Positions 1 to 8,487 of a stretch of 32,000 nucleotides of DNA are shown here, in pieces. The notes under the pieces were generated by a model, which worked only from the letters and a program-made list of their open reading frames with translations, ran no database searches and was not told the origin of the DNA. The stretch is taken from positions 1 to 32,000 of the forward strand of contig CP064995.1 of NCBI GenBank assembly GCA_016700015.1, written 5' to 3'. The DNA comes from Candidatus Saccharimonadota bacterium (GTDB lineage Bacteria > Patescibacteriota > Saccharimonadia > Saccharimonadales > Saccharimonadaceae). How positions within the stretch are numbered: the stretch's first letter is position 1; each line of letters opens with the position of its first letter. The translations under genes were made by a program, and so were the position numbers.

Positions 1-1032
1 GAGATGAGTTTTGTCGAAGACGGCGAAGAAGTGCGCAGTACCGTCGAGCCACTCATCAAAACGCTTGTCACAGACTTCGCTGGATTGTCACTCAAGTTCG
101 GTGATGATGTGCCGCGTATTCCGTATGCGGAAGCCATGGAAACCTACGGCAGCGACAAACCCGACCTGCGCTTCGATATGAAACTGGTCGAGCTGACCGA
201 TGTATTCGCAAACACCGAATTCGGTGTGTTCCGTAGTGCCGAGTGTGTGAAAGCAATTTGTGTGAAAAACGGTGCCAGCCTGAGTCGCTCGCAAATCGAC
301 GGCTTCACAGAAATTGCCAAGGGCGAGGGCGCTGGCGGACTGGCGTACATTACCTACGAAAACGGCGAAAGCAAGTCGCCAATTGCGAAGTTTTTGAGTG
401 AAGGCGAGTTGTCGGCTGTGAAAGAACGCCTGGGTGCTACTGATGGCGATGCCGTATTTTTCGGCGCCGACAAACGCAGTGTGGTAAACGCCGTGCTCGG
501 TAAACTGCGCAGTGAATTTGCGACCCATTTCAACCTGAAAGACCCGAACGTCGTAGCACTTGCCTGGATAATTGATTTTCCGTTTTATGAACTCGATGCC
601 AAAACTAACAAAATGGACTTTGGCCACAATCCATTTAGTATGCCAAAGGGCGGCATGGACGCACTCGAACACACCGAAAACAAGCTCGACATTGTGGCCG
701 ATCAGTACGACATGGTGATGAACGGCTATGAAATCTGTAGTGGCGGTGTGCGCAACCACAACCCAGACGTGCTGTACAAAGTTTTCGGCCTGCTCGATTT
801 CTCACCCGAATACGTGGAAGAAAAGTTTGGTGCCATGTTAAACGCATTCAAATTTGGTGCACCGCCACACGCCGGCTGTGCCTTCGGTGTTGACCGCATA
901 TTTATGGTACTCATCGGCGAGGACAACATCCGCGAAGTTGTGGCTTTCCCCAAAAACGGTAGCGGTGTCGACGTGATGATGAACAGCCCCTCGACCGTCG
1001 ACCCAGCACAGCTGAAAGAGTTGGGGCTATAG
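1..1032 (+). CDS. aspS: aspartate--tRNA ligase, C-terminal ~343 aa (5' end lies outside the window)
   Basis: The frame is open from base 1. The translation shows the bacterial AspRS insertion domain and the class II motif 3 region (GGVRNH...FGAPPHAGCAFGVDRIFMVL...FPK). TAG stop at 1030-1032. Confidence 0.93.
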   Translation, partial: EMSFVEDGEEVRSTVEPLIKTLVTDFAGLSLKFGDDVPRIPYAEAMETYGSDKPDLRFDMKLVELTDVFANTEFGVFRSAECVKAICVKNGASLSRSQIDGFTEIAKGEGAGGLAYITYENGESKSPIAKFLSEGELSAVKERLGATDGDAVFFGADKRSVVNAVLGKLRSEFATHFNLKDPNVVALAWIIDFPFYELDAKTNKMDFGHNPFSMPKGGMDALEHTENKLDIVADQYDMVMNGYEICSGGVRNHNPDVLYKVFGLLDFSPEYVEEKFGAMLNAFKFGAPPHAGCAFGVDRIFMVLIGEDNIREVVAFPKNGSGVDVMMNSPSTVDPAQLKELGL

Positions 1033-1623
1033 GTGGAGCAGTACCTGCTCGCGTTATTCGGAATTGCTTCGGCTGTTGTAAACACCATCGGACTTGTGCC
1101 GTATCTACGGGATATATTTCGACATAAAACGAAGCCTGAGCGTGCAACGTGGTGGATTTGGCTAACGCTTAATTTGATTGCTTTTTTTGCTCAGCTTGCT
1201 GCTGGTGCTACTTGGTCGCTAGGGCTTATGGCTGGCCAGTTGTTGGCGGTCGGATTAATCGCGATACTATCGCTTCGATACGGCTACGGACATTTTCATC
1301 GTAAGCACTACTTATCATTAGCTTTCGCTGCAGTCGGGATAGTATTATGGCGGCTGACAAAGGACCCGCTCGCTGCGCTAATTGTGGTTGTAATAGTAGA
1401 TTTCGTTGCATTTTACTTGACCATCACCAAAACATGGCGAGCACCAGACACCGAGACGCTTAGTGCCTGGATATTTGCATCAATTGCTGGGTTGTGTGGT
1501 CTACTTGCGGTTGGAGATTACGGTGACGTTACAAAGATGATCTACCCCGTCTATATTTTTATAGGCAATACATTCCTCGTATGGGTTATTTTAGCCCGAC
1601 GCAAAGCACTTGATAATAAATAA
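1033..1623 (+). CDS. polytopic membrane protein, function unknown
   Basis: 196-aa ORF starting at a GTG directly after the aspS stop, with about six hydrophobic segments and no catalytic motif I recognise. The start codon is uncertain. Confidence 0.55.
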   Translation: MEQYLLALFGIASAVVNTIGLVPYLRDIFRHKTKPERATWWIWLTLNLIAFFAQLAAGATWSLGLMAGQLLAVGLIAILSLRYGYGHFHRKHYLSLAFAAVGIVLWRLTKDPLAALIVVVIVDFVAFYLTITKTWRAPDTETLSAWIFASIAGLCGLLAVGDYGDVTKMIYPVYIFIGNTFLVWVILARRKALDNK

Positions 1624-1697
1624 CTAACTAAATTGTTTCTAAAAGCAGCTATATGCTACGATGAAATAACTACAAGCGGGTGGAAAAGGACAAATAT

Positions 1698-2075
1698 ATG
1701 GCTGAATCATGGCAGGTTACAGGTAACAAACCCAAAAATAACCCCAGTCGTGTCTTAACCGAACGACAGCAACGATTTCTCGATTTGGGGGTAGCGATGG
1801 GGCACCTTTCCCGGTTTGCTGAGGGGGATATTGGCGATAAATGCTCAGGGTGCCGCTACAGGGGAGCTATTGCTGGTGATATTGGTGCCGCTGCAATCGA
1901 CGGAATTATGACACCTGAAGAAGCCGAGGCATTTGCGATGCAGACATTTGATAACTGTAGTGGGGCCGTATACGACAGGACGCGTTATGATGCAACACCA
2001 CGTTGTCCAACGTATGAGCGGGGTGCTTATAAAGGTACTATTGATGCACTTCAAAGCGGTGCGCCATCGTCATAA
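1698..2075 (+). CDS. hypothetical soluble protein (125 aa)
   Basis: ATG 1698 is preceded by AAGGA (1686-1690, 7-nt spacing); the track ORF begins at the upstream GTG 1680. No family recognised. Confidence 0.5.
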   Translation: MAESWQVTGNKPKNNPSRVLTERQQRFLDLGVAMGHLSRFAEGDIGDKCSGCRYRGAIAGDIGAAAIDGIMTPEEAEAFAMQTFDNCSGAVYDRTRYDATPRCPTYERGAYKGTIDALQSGAPSS

Positions 2076-2079
2076 GCAA

Positions 2080-3204
2080 TTATCGTGCGGCATTGAGTAT
2101 TGCGATATCGCGTGTTTTCATCATGGCAAGGCCGCTGGCGCTGCCATCTTCGTCGACAGTATTACCACTCTGTATCCAGGCTATGGCCTCGTCGATAGAG
2201 CTGGCCCAGCGTAGGTTCATGCCCTCACTCGCTTCTTTTTCGGTGAGCTGCGTGCCCACAAAGTCGACCACCCGTGCCGTAAAGCAATACGACACTTGGT
2301 GCATACCGCAAAAATACCGGTTTTCGTCTACCGTGCCGAGCGGTCGAATGTCAGTTATCGTATGGCCGGTTTCTTCTAACACTTCGCGCTCAAGTGCAGC
2401 GATGATTTCTTCGCCTTCATCAATTCCACCGCCCGGCAGTTTGTATGACCCGGTTTTGGTGAAGTGCATCACGGCCACTTGGCCTTTGTCATTCGTCAGA
2501 ACAGCGCGAGCGGCGAGCCGCGTAAAGTGAATCGGCCCATCGCTTGTTTCGGCAAGTCCCATTTCGTGCTGGTCCTGCGAAAGAATAACAGCAAAGCTAA
2601 TTCGCTCATATATCGTTCCTGATTTTTCGGCTGCCTGCTTCATCCAGTTGTCGACGAATTGTTTACCAGCTTCGCTCAGCACGGCATCATGTGTGGGGAA
2701 GGCGCGTATCGGTCGAACTTGTATAAGATAATCCATGGCTTCTGCAGTTTTCATCCATGGCGCTGCTATGGGAACGGCAAGTGTTTCTATTGGCATACCA
2801 GCTGACGCAAATGAGTCACCGGGGTAGTACACTTCACCATCATTTATCAGCACGCCGACGTTTCGACACATAGGTATGTCGGGGTGAATGAGCGCATGCT
2901 CGCCGCCAGTGAAAGTGAGTTTGAAATTACCTACTTGTTTTGTTTCCCCTGGCTTAACAACTGTCACGTTAAGGTTGAGTTCGCGTAGCCGATTGGCCGC
3001 ATCGTCAGGAGCAAATACTGGTACATTTGGCATCTGGGTAAGGTAATTAGCACTCCAATGGTCACTATGAATATGCGTGACAACCACGGCGACTGGGTTT
3101 TTAGGAACAGTAAAGTCGCTAGATAGCTCACCCGGGTCGACAACCACCGATTGGCCATCTTTGGTTGCGATAAAACAGGCATGGGCGTATTTCGTAATTT
3201 CCAT
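2080..3204 (-). CDS. MBL-fold metallo-hydrolase fused to a NUDIX hydrolase domain
   Basis: The N-terminal half has the HxHxDH motif (VTHIHSDHW). The C-terminal half has a canonical Nudix box (GGGIDEGEEIIAALEREVLEETG). I set the start to ATG 3204 (MEITKYAHA...) rather than the track start 3279, because a TATAAT lies 6 nt upstream. Confidence 0.8.
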   Translation of the reverse strand: MEITKYAHACFIATKDGQSVVVDPGELSSDFTVPKNPVAVVVTHIHSDHWSANYLTQMPNVPVFAPDDAANRLRELNLNVTVVKPGETKQVGNFKLTFTGGEHALIHPDIPMCRNVGVLINDGEVYYPGDSFASAGMPIETLAVPIAAPWMKTAEAMDYLIQVRPIRAFPTHDAVLSEAGKQFVDNWMKQAAEKSGTIYERISFAVILSQDQHEMGLAETSDGPIHFTRLAARAVLTNDKGQVAVMHFTKTGSYKLPGGGIDEGEEIIAALEREVLEETGHTITDIRPLGTVDENRYFCGMHQVSYCFTARVVDFVGTQLTEKEASEGMNLRWASSIDEAIAWIQSGNTVDEDGSASGLAMMKTRDIAILNAAR

Positions 3205-3210
3205 ACAGCT

Positions 3211-3220
3211 ATTATATAAT
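3211..3220. promoter_or_regulatory. palindromic ATTATATAAT forming two overlapping divergent -10 boxes
   Basis: TATAAT at 3215-3220 (plus strand) and TATAAT as the rc of 3211-3216 (minus strand). The ATGs lie 7 nt (3228) and 6 nt (3204) away. Confidence 0.5.
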
Positions 3221-3227
3221 GCAGAGC

Positions 3228-3479
3228 ATGGTAGCACGAAAAACATCGAAAAAACATTCATCAAACACAACATATGCATGGTTTCGCCCGCTGCGCGGTA
3301 GCTATATTCCGGTGCATTGGAAGGGCTGGCTGACGTATGTACCCTATGTGGCGTACCTGTACTTCACCTACATGCTGCTAGTGCCAAACCGCTCATTACT
3401 CGAAACAATCCTGTTCCTTGTACCATACTGGGTAGCGGGCGTGATTGTGATGCACTGGGTAGCAAAGCAAAAAAGCTAA
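3228..3479 (+). CDS. small membrane protein (83 aa), hypothetical
   Basis: The ORF has two hydrophobic segments. ATG 3228 lies 7 nt after TATAAT 3215-3220. Its TAA stop overlaps the next ATG (TAATG at 3477-3481), which suggests coupling. Confidence 0.4.
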   Translation: MVARKTSKKHSSNTTYAWFRPLRGSYIPVHWKGWLTYVPYVAYLYFTYMLLVPNRSLLETILFLVPYWVAGVIVMHWVAKQKS

Positions 3480-4303
3480 TGCAGCCAAATGAGTTTCGCG
3501 AGTTGGTGTGGGACAAAGCGCGCCAGCTGTACCGAGACATGCCCTGGCGCGATGAGCCGACGTTTTACCACGTGCTGGTAAGTGAACTGATGTTGCAACA
3601 AACCCAGGTTTCACGCGTATTGGTAAAATACGCCGAATTTATGGAAGTGTTCCCAACCATTCAGGCACTGGCGGCGGCTAGCTTGGCAGATGTATTAAAA
3701 GTGTGGACAGGCCTCGGCTACAACCGTAGGGCTAAGTATCTGCACTTGGCAGCAAAACAGGTGGTAGAGCACGGCGAACCGGCAACACTCGAAGGACTAG
3801 TTGCCTTACCAGGAGTCGGCAAGAACACGGCCGGTGCCATCATGAACTATGTTTACAATAGTGCGACGCCGTTTGTTGAAACCAATATTCGCTCTGTGTA
3901 TTTTCACCATTTTTTTGCAGGCGAAACGACAGTGAGTGATAAAGAGCTGCTAGAGCTAGTAGCAGCAACTATCGACCCCGAACACCCGCGCGAATTTTGC
4001 TGGGCGCTCATGGACTATGGTGCCGAGCTAAAAGCCGCTGGCCTGGCACGGCTTGGCACCAGTAAACACTACAAGAAGCAACCGCCGCTTGCGGGCAGTG
4101 TGCGTGAAGTGCGCGGCCAGGTAGTACGCCTACTAGCTGCTGGTCCGCTGACTTTGCGAGATCTCAAAGTGAGGGCCGGGGCAGACGAACGATTTGAGCG
4201 TGCACTGAACGGTCTTGTTGACGATGGGTTGGTGAGAAGACAAGGTACAATGATTTGTTTGACCGATGATGGGGTGGTGGGGGATAATAGGAATGATGAC
4301 TAA
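3479..4303 (+). CDS. HhH-GPD base-excision glycosylase, MutY-like catalytic domain (A/G-specific adenine glycosylase family)
   Basis: LVSELMLQQTQVSRVLVKYAEFMEVFPT and LPGVGKNTAGAIM (helix-hairpin-helix) match MutY. I set the start to ATG 3479 (MQPNEF...), not the track start 3317. There is no C-x6-C-x2-C-x5-C cluster motif, and a short winged-helix-like tail replaces the MutT-like domain. Confidence 0.78.
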   Translation: MQPNEFRELVWDKARQLYRDMPWRDEPTFYHVLVSELMLQQTQVSRVLVKYAEFMEVFPTIQALAAASLADVLKVWTGLGYNRRAKYLHLAAKQVVEHGEPATLEGLVALPGVGKNTAGAIMNYVYNSATPFVETNIRSVYFHHFFAGETTVSDKELLELVAATIDPEHPREFCWALMDYGAELKAAGLARLGTSKHYKKQPPLAGSVREVRGQVVRLLAAGPLTLRDLKVRAGADERFERALNGLVDDGLVRRQGTMICLTDDGVVGDNRNDD

Positions 4304-4832
4304 AGTAATCGTCGCAACTATTCTTGGTTTGCTTATCGCATTCAGCCCGGTTGTGCATGCTGAAGATGCGCAAACACTGGTTCTCACCGACGAGAACATT
4401 GCTCAGATTCGTGTGAACTGTATTGGCGTCCAGTCGACCATGCAGCGGGTGCATTCGAGTGATGCCCTGGCTCGGTACAACCTAGCGCAGCAGTACAATA
4501 TTATTTCAACCAAACTCATGGCACCTATGAACAGCCGGATATCACTCAACAAACTAAATGGTGTAGCGATGACACAAACGACGGTCGATTTTGATAGTAC
4601 TGTCAGCGAGTTCAAACTTATGTACCAACAGTACGAAGAAACGACGAGCCGCGCACTCAAAATGAACTGCAAAGATCAGCCGGTAGCGTTTTACGATACG
4701 CTCACCATGGCACGCACGCAAAAAGCAGCGGTGCGCGACGCTATCAACCGTATCAATACCTTGCTGAAACAGTACGATACCCAGTTCGATCAATTACGCG
4801 CACAGTCATTACCAACAGGAGTTTCACAATGA
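4293..4832 (+). CDS. secreted hypothetical protein
   Basis: Signal-peptide-like N-terminus (MMTKVIVATILGLLIAFSPVVHA/EDAQ). The start overlaps the upstream stop codon. Confidence 0.6.
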   Translation: MMTKVIVATILGLLIAFSPVVHAEDAQTLVLTDENIAQIRVNCIGVQSTMQRVHSSDALARYNLAQQYNIISTKLMAPMNSRISLNKLNGVAMTQTTVDFDSTVSEFKLMYQQYEETTSRALKMNCKDQPVAFYDTLTMARTQKAAVRDAINRINTLLKQYDTQFDQLRAQSLPTGVSQ

Positions 4833-5215
4833 GCGAGCCTGCTCAGCACGAAGTAAACGAACTACCACGCTGGCAACAACACCGCTTCTTTTTGCTGATA
4901 GCTGGTGTTATAGGCATTGCACTGTTTTTGGTGAGTGTGGCGCTTAGCCTGTATAACAACAGTGGCGCTGCCCAGCTCGATTTTAGTAGTCCTGCCTACC
5001 AAGACATTCGCAAACAAGCCCGACGCGACACGACCACAGTCGACTTTGCTGCTACTGGCAAACTCGATAAAGCTGCCTACGACCAGTTTAAGAAAATGTA
5101 TACCGAACGCATCGGTAAGGTTGTCGATGTCAACAGTTTTGATGCAGCAGCACTAAGTGAAGATTCGCTACAGCTACTCACTGACCACAGCACAGATCAG
5201 CCACCTGCTCAATAG
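4829..5215 (+). CDS. membrane-anchored hypothetical protein
   Basis: ATGA overlap with the upstream gene and AGGAG at 4817-4821. One N-terminal transmembrane helix (FFLLIAGVIGIALFLVSVALSL). Confidence 0.6.
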   Translation: MSEPAQHEVNELPRWQQHRFFLLIAGVIGIALFLVSVALSLYNNSGAAQLDFSSPAYQDIRKQARRDTTTVDFAATGKLDKAAYDQFKKMYTERIGKVVDVNSFDAAALSEDSLQLLTDHSTDQPPAQ

Positions 5216-6046
5216 CTAGCGGCTCTTTTTAGCGGGTGCAACATGCGTGACAGGCGCGGTACCTATTGCAATATTTTCGTGCTCAAATTTTTCCAAAATA
5301 CGTCTTCGCATTTCGGCAATGACAGACCATTGATCCGATGGTTGCGTTTTGCCTGAAATAATAAGGTTCACGGCAGTTGCAGTAAATTCACCCATCATTA
5401 TGTAATGTGGTGCTTCGAGAATTTTATTTTCCCAGTTTGGCTCTTCGGCAAGGTGAAGCCCAATTTTATCGATCAGCTTGGCGACACGGTCGATATCGGT
5501 ATCGGGCGCCACGGCAACAGTAAAGCGGGCCATACTATAGCCCATGGTCTTGTTGATAACATGCTGTACCATACCATTGGGGAAATAGTGCACATTGCCA
5601 TCAATATCGCGAATGACGGTAGAGCGAATGCCAATGCGCTCGACAGTACCGCCAAAGCCTTCGATTTCGATCACGTCACCAACGCGGTATTGATTTTCGC
5701 TGATGATAAATACGCCACTGAGGAAATCTTTGACAAGCGACTGAGCACCAAAGCCGAACGCAACCCCAAGGATGCCTGCACTAGCAAACAGTGGCGCTAG
5801 CGCTGTGGGGTCGAGAAACCGTGACACAATATAATATACCACGCCAAGTATCGCCAAAATTCGCAGCACATTGGTGAATAGCGAGCCGAGTGTGCGCTGG
5901 CGTTTTTCAAGGTCCTTTTTATGTAGTGTGCGCTGATAGGGTGTAACAAATGCATGCAACATGAGCCAATTAATGACCATTGGCACCAGTGAGTAAATAA
6001 TAACGCCAATGATGATTGCAATGCTTATGCTCGTATATTTTTCCAT
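5216..6046 (-). CDS. small-conductance mechanosensitive channel (MscS family)
   Basis: GFGAQSLVKDFLSGVFIISENQYRVGDVIEI is the MscS pore-helix/beta-domain signature. I prefer ATG 6046 (MEKYTS...) over the track's TTG 6076. Confidence 0.85.
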   Translation of the reverse strand: MEKYTSISIAIIIGVIIYSLVPMVINWLMLHAFVTPYQRTLHKKDLEKRQRTLGSLFTNVLRILAILGVVYYIVSRFLDPTALAPLFASAGILGVAFGFGAQSLVKDFLSGVFIISENQYRVGDVIEIEGFGGTVERIGIRSTVIRDIDGNVHYFPNGMVQHVINKTMGYSMARFTVAVAPDTDIDRVAKLIDKIGLHLAEEPNWENKILEAPHYIMMGEFTATAVNLIISGKTQPSDQWSVIAEMRRRILEKFEHENIAIGTAPVTHVAPAKKSR

Positions 6047-6094
6047 ATATGGTAGTATAACAGAGATGAAAAGCAAGCGCGAACATCGTGTGTA

Positions 6095-7783
6095 TTAGGC
6101 CTTTAGTGCTTGCCGGCCGATAGTGATGAGATGTTTGTCACGGTAGTTCGCGAGCGCTTCATGGTCGATACCGTGGCGCTTAATGAAGCTGCTGACACGC
6201 TCGCTCCCAATGTAATGCGGTAGGCTGACGTAGCTCGCACCGTGTTCATAAAGTAGTGCCGCCTCGGTGTAGTTATTGGCGTGGCAGATGAAACTGCTTT
6301 TTTGGTTGTGACGACGAATGTACTGGAGTAGCATACGATTGGTCTCGACGTCGGTCATGGTGCTAACGACCAGCTGCGCTTTGCCGGCATTGATTTCGTC
6401 GAGAAACTCGTCGTCAGTGGCATCGCCATAAGCATGACGAATGCCCTGTTCTTCGAGTGTCTCGATAATTTCAGGATCATAGTCGACTACCAGGTATTTT
6501 TGATTCATATCACGAAATGTATTCAGGAATTCATGTCCGCCTTTGTGATAGCCGACGAGAATAACTGGGTAATAGACAGCACGGCGCGCTGGCTCATGTG
6601 CCGTGGATCGTTCGAAATGCCGCAACGGTTTCTCGAATACTTTGTAGAGTTTGTCCGCATGTTTCATGAGGTACGATGACACACCGATAGTGATGAATGC
6701 AGTTAAGGTGATCAGGGCTACGGCATCCTGTGAGATGAGCTGCTTGCTGGCTGCGATGGTGATAAATATAATCGAGAACTCGCTGATTTGTGAAAGATGA
6801 AGCGCAGTCTTAAAGCTGGTAAGTTTCGTATAGCGCTGGATACCGAGACTAAGCATCACGAGTATTGGCTTGCCGACAATCACAACAGCGGCTAGTACGT
6901 GCGCCGCCAACAGGTTTTTGCCGATGCTGTCGAGTGTGAATGATTCGCCGAGAGTGACAAAAAAGATTACGATGAAGAAATCGCGCAACGGTTTGAGTTT
7001 GGCGGCCATCTCAGTTGCATAGGGAAGTCCGGCCAGCGACACGCCAGCAAATAGCGCTCCGACTTCATGGCTAAAACCAGCGATGTCGAACAGTGTCGCG
7101 ACCGCTAGGCCCCAACTGAGAGAGAATAAAAATAGTAGCTCTTGGCTCTTGGCGGCAAAACGTGCGATGTGCGGCATAAGGTAGCGACCTGCGATAAATA
7201 GACCGACACCTAGTGCCAACGCCTTGAAGAGAATCTGCCATCCTTCAGTCGCTCCGCTGCCAGGTGACGCCATCATGGCCAGTATCACCACGGCACTGGT
7301 CGCGACGACATCTTCAATCAGTAGCACACCTAGCGTAATCTGTCCGAATAGTCGAGTCGTTTGCTTGGCATCAGATAGTGTTTTGAGCACAATAATTGTA
7401 CTGCTGAAGAACAAGGCCATTGCCATGATAATGCTCTTTTGGAGGTCAAATCCAAGCAGCCAGCAGGCGCCAAATGATAATAATCCAAGGAAGGGTAGGA
7501 TTGACATGCTTGTTATGATAGACACACGCCCGAGACTTTTGACCACACCGGCATTGAGACCGAGACCGATGATAAACAACAGAAGTGTGATGCCGATCGA
7601 ACTGAACGAGTCAAATGCTGATTGGTTACGCGTAATATGGAAAAAGCTGAAGCTCGGACCGACCAGCACGCCCGTTATGATGTAGCCCATAATAAGTGGC
7701 TGGCGAAGCAGCTTCATAATCGCAGACACGAGCACCACAATCGTGACGACAACGGCGAGCTCGGTAAAAATTGATGCATGCAT
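6095..7783 (-). CDS. CPA2 cation:proton antiporter with C-terminal RCK/TrkA-N domain (Kef-type)
   Basis: An approximately 12-TM Na+/H+-exchanger-like N-terminal part is followed by a Rossmann-like C-terminal domain (VILVGYHKGGHEF...VVDYD). AAGGA lies upstream of ATG 7783. Confidence 0.85.
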   Translation of the reverse strand: MHASIFTELAVVVTIVVLVSAIMKLLRQPLIMGYIITGVLVGPSFSFFHITRNQSAFDSFSSIGITLLLFIIGLGLNAGVVKSLGRVSIITSMSILPFLGLLSFGACWLLGFDLQKSIIMAMALFFSSTIIVLKTLSDAKQTTRLFGQITLGVLLIEDVVATSAVVILAMMASPGSGATEGWQILFKALALGVGLFIAGRYLMPHIARFAAKSQELLFLFSLSWGLAVATLFDIAGFSHEVGALFAGVSLAGLPYATEMAAKLKPLRDFFIVIFFVTLGESFTLDSIGKNLLAAHVLAAVVIVGKPILVMLSLGIQRYTKLTSFKTALHLSQISEFSIIFITIAASKQLISQDAVALITLTAFITIGVSSYLMKHADKLYKVFEKPLRHFERSTAHEPARRAVYYPVILVGYHKGGHEFLNTFRDMNQKYLVVDYDPEIIETLEEQGIRHAYGDATDDEFLDEINAGKAQLVVSTMTDVETNRMLLQYIRRHNQKSSFICHANNYTEAALLYEHGASYVSLPHYIGSERVSSFIKRHGIDHEALANYRDKHLITIGRQALKA

Positions 7784-7814
7784 AGTACTTATCCTTATTG
7801 TAACAGATAGCTAG

Positions 7815-7823
7815 TGGTATAAT
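7815..7823 (+). promoter_or_regulatory. extended -10 (TGgTATAAT) 10 nt upstream of the trmB ATG
   Basis: Read directly from the sequence, inside a 50-bp divergent intergenic region. Confidence 0.45.
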
Positions 7824-7833
7824 ACCCTTCATA

Positions 7834-8487
7834 ATGCCCGGAGTAGTCGATCCCAATGATTTCATCATCACCCGCAAACGTAAAAAATACAAGTTTGCGA
7901 AATTTCATAATGCGCCGAACTGTTTCGAACTAAGCCAGTGGAGCAAGCGGCCGGCTAACATAGTAGAAGTTGGTGCGGGAAGTGCACTGTTCAGTGTGGA
8001 GCTGGCAGCTCGCCACCCAGACAAAACAATAGTAGCACTCGATGTAAAAGCCGATCGTTTGCAGCATGGTGCCTATAAAGCGATCGAACGCGGTATTTCA
8101 AATGTCTACTTTGTTCGTGCCCGAGCTGACCAAATTGACGAGCTATTTGAACCAACAACAGTAGAGCAGCTGTGGGTGACATTCCCCGACCCGTACCCTA
8201 AAAGGCGCAGTGCGGCCCGTCGCTTGACCCACCCGAACTTCCTGAAAAAGTATTCATCTCTCCTCTCGCCGACAGGAGCATTGTGTGTAAAGCACGACAG
8301 CCGCGACTTTTTTTGCTGGAGCCTCGAACAACTCGTCGCCGAGCGGTGGGCAATACAAGAGCTATCGTTCGATTTGCACGACTCGCCCCTACCTGACGAT
8401 TACAAAATTATCACAACCTACGAAGAACGCTGGCGCAGCACTGGCCTAGTTACCCACTTTGTGAAAGCGGGAAAGCGGGTTCTTTAA
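7834..8487 (+). CDS. trmB: tRNA (guanine-N7)-methyltransferase
   Basis: SAM-binding VEVGAGSALFSVELA and the TrmB signature WVTFPDPYPKRR. Confidence 0.85.
   Translation: MPGVVDPNDFIITRKRKKYKFAKFHNAPNCFELSQWSKRPANIVEVGAGSALFSVELAARHPDKTIVALDVKADRLQHGAYKAIERGISNVYFVRARADQIDELFEPTTVEQLWVTFPDPYPKRRSAARRLTHPNFLKKYSSLLSPTGALCVKHDSRDFFCWSLEQLVAERWAIQELSFDLHDSPLPDDYKIITTYEERWRSTGLVTHFVKAGKRVL

Noticed and set aside
3317-3478. N-terminal extension of the MutY-like ORF (track start 3317).
   Set aside because: It overlaps the small membrane ORF in another frame, and its sequence is not MutY-like. Homology begins right after ATG 3479, which overlaps the upstream stop (TAATG).
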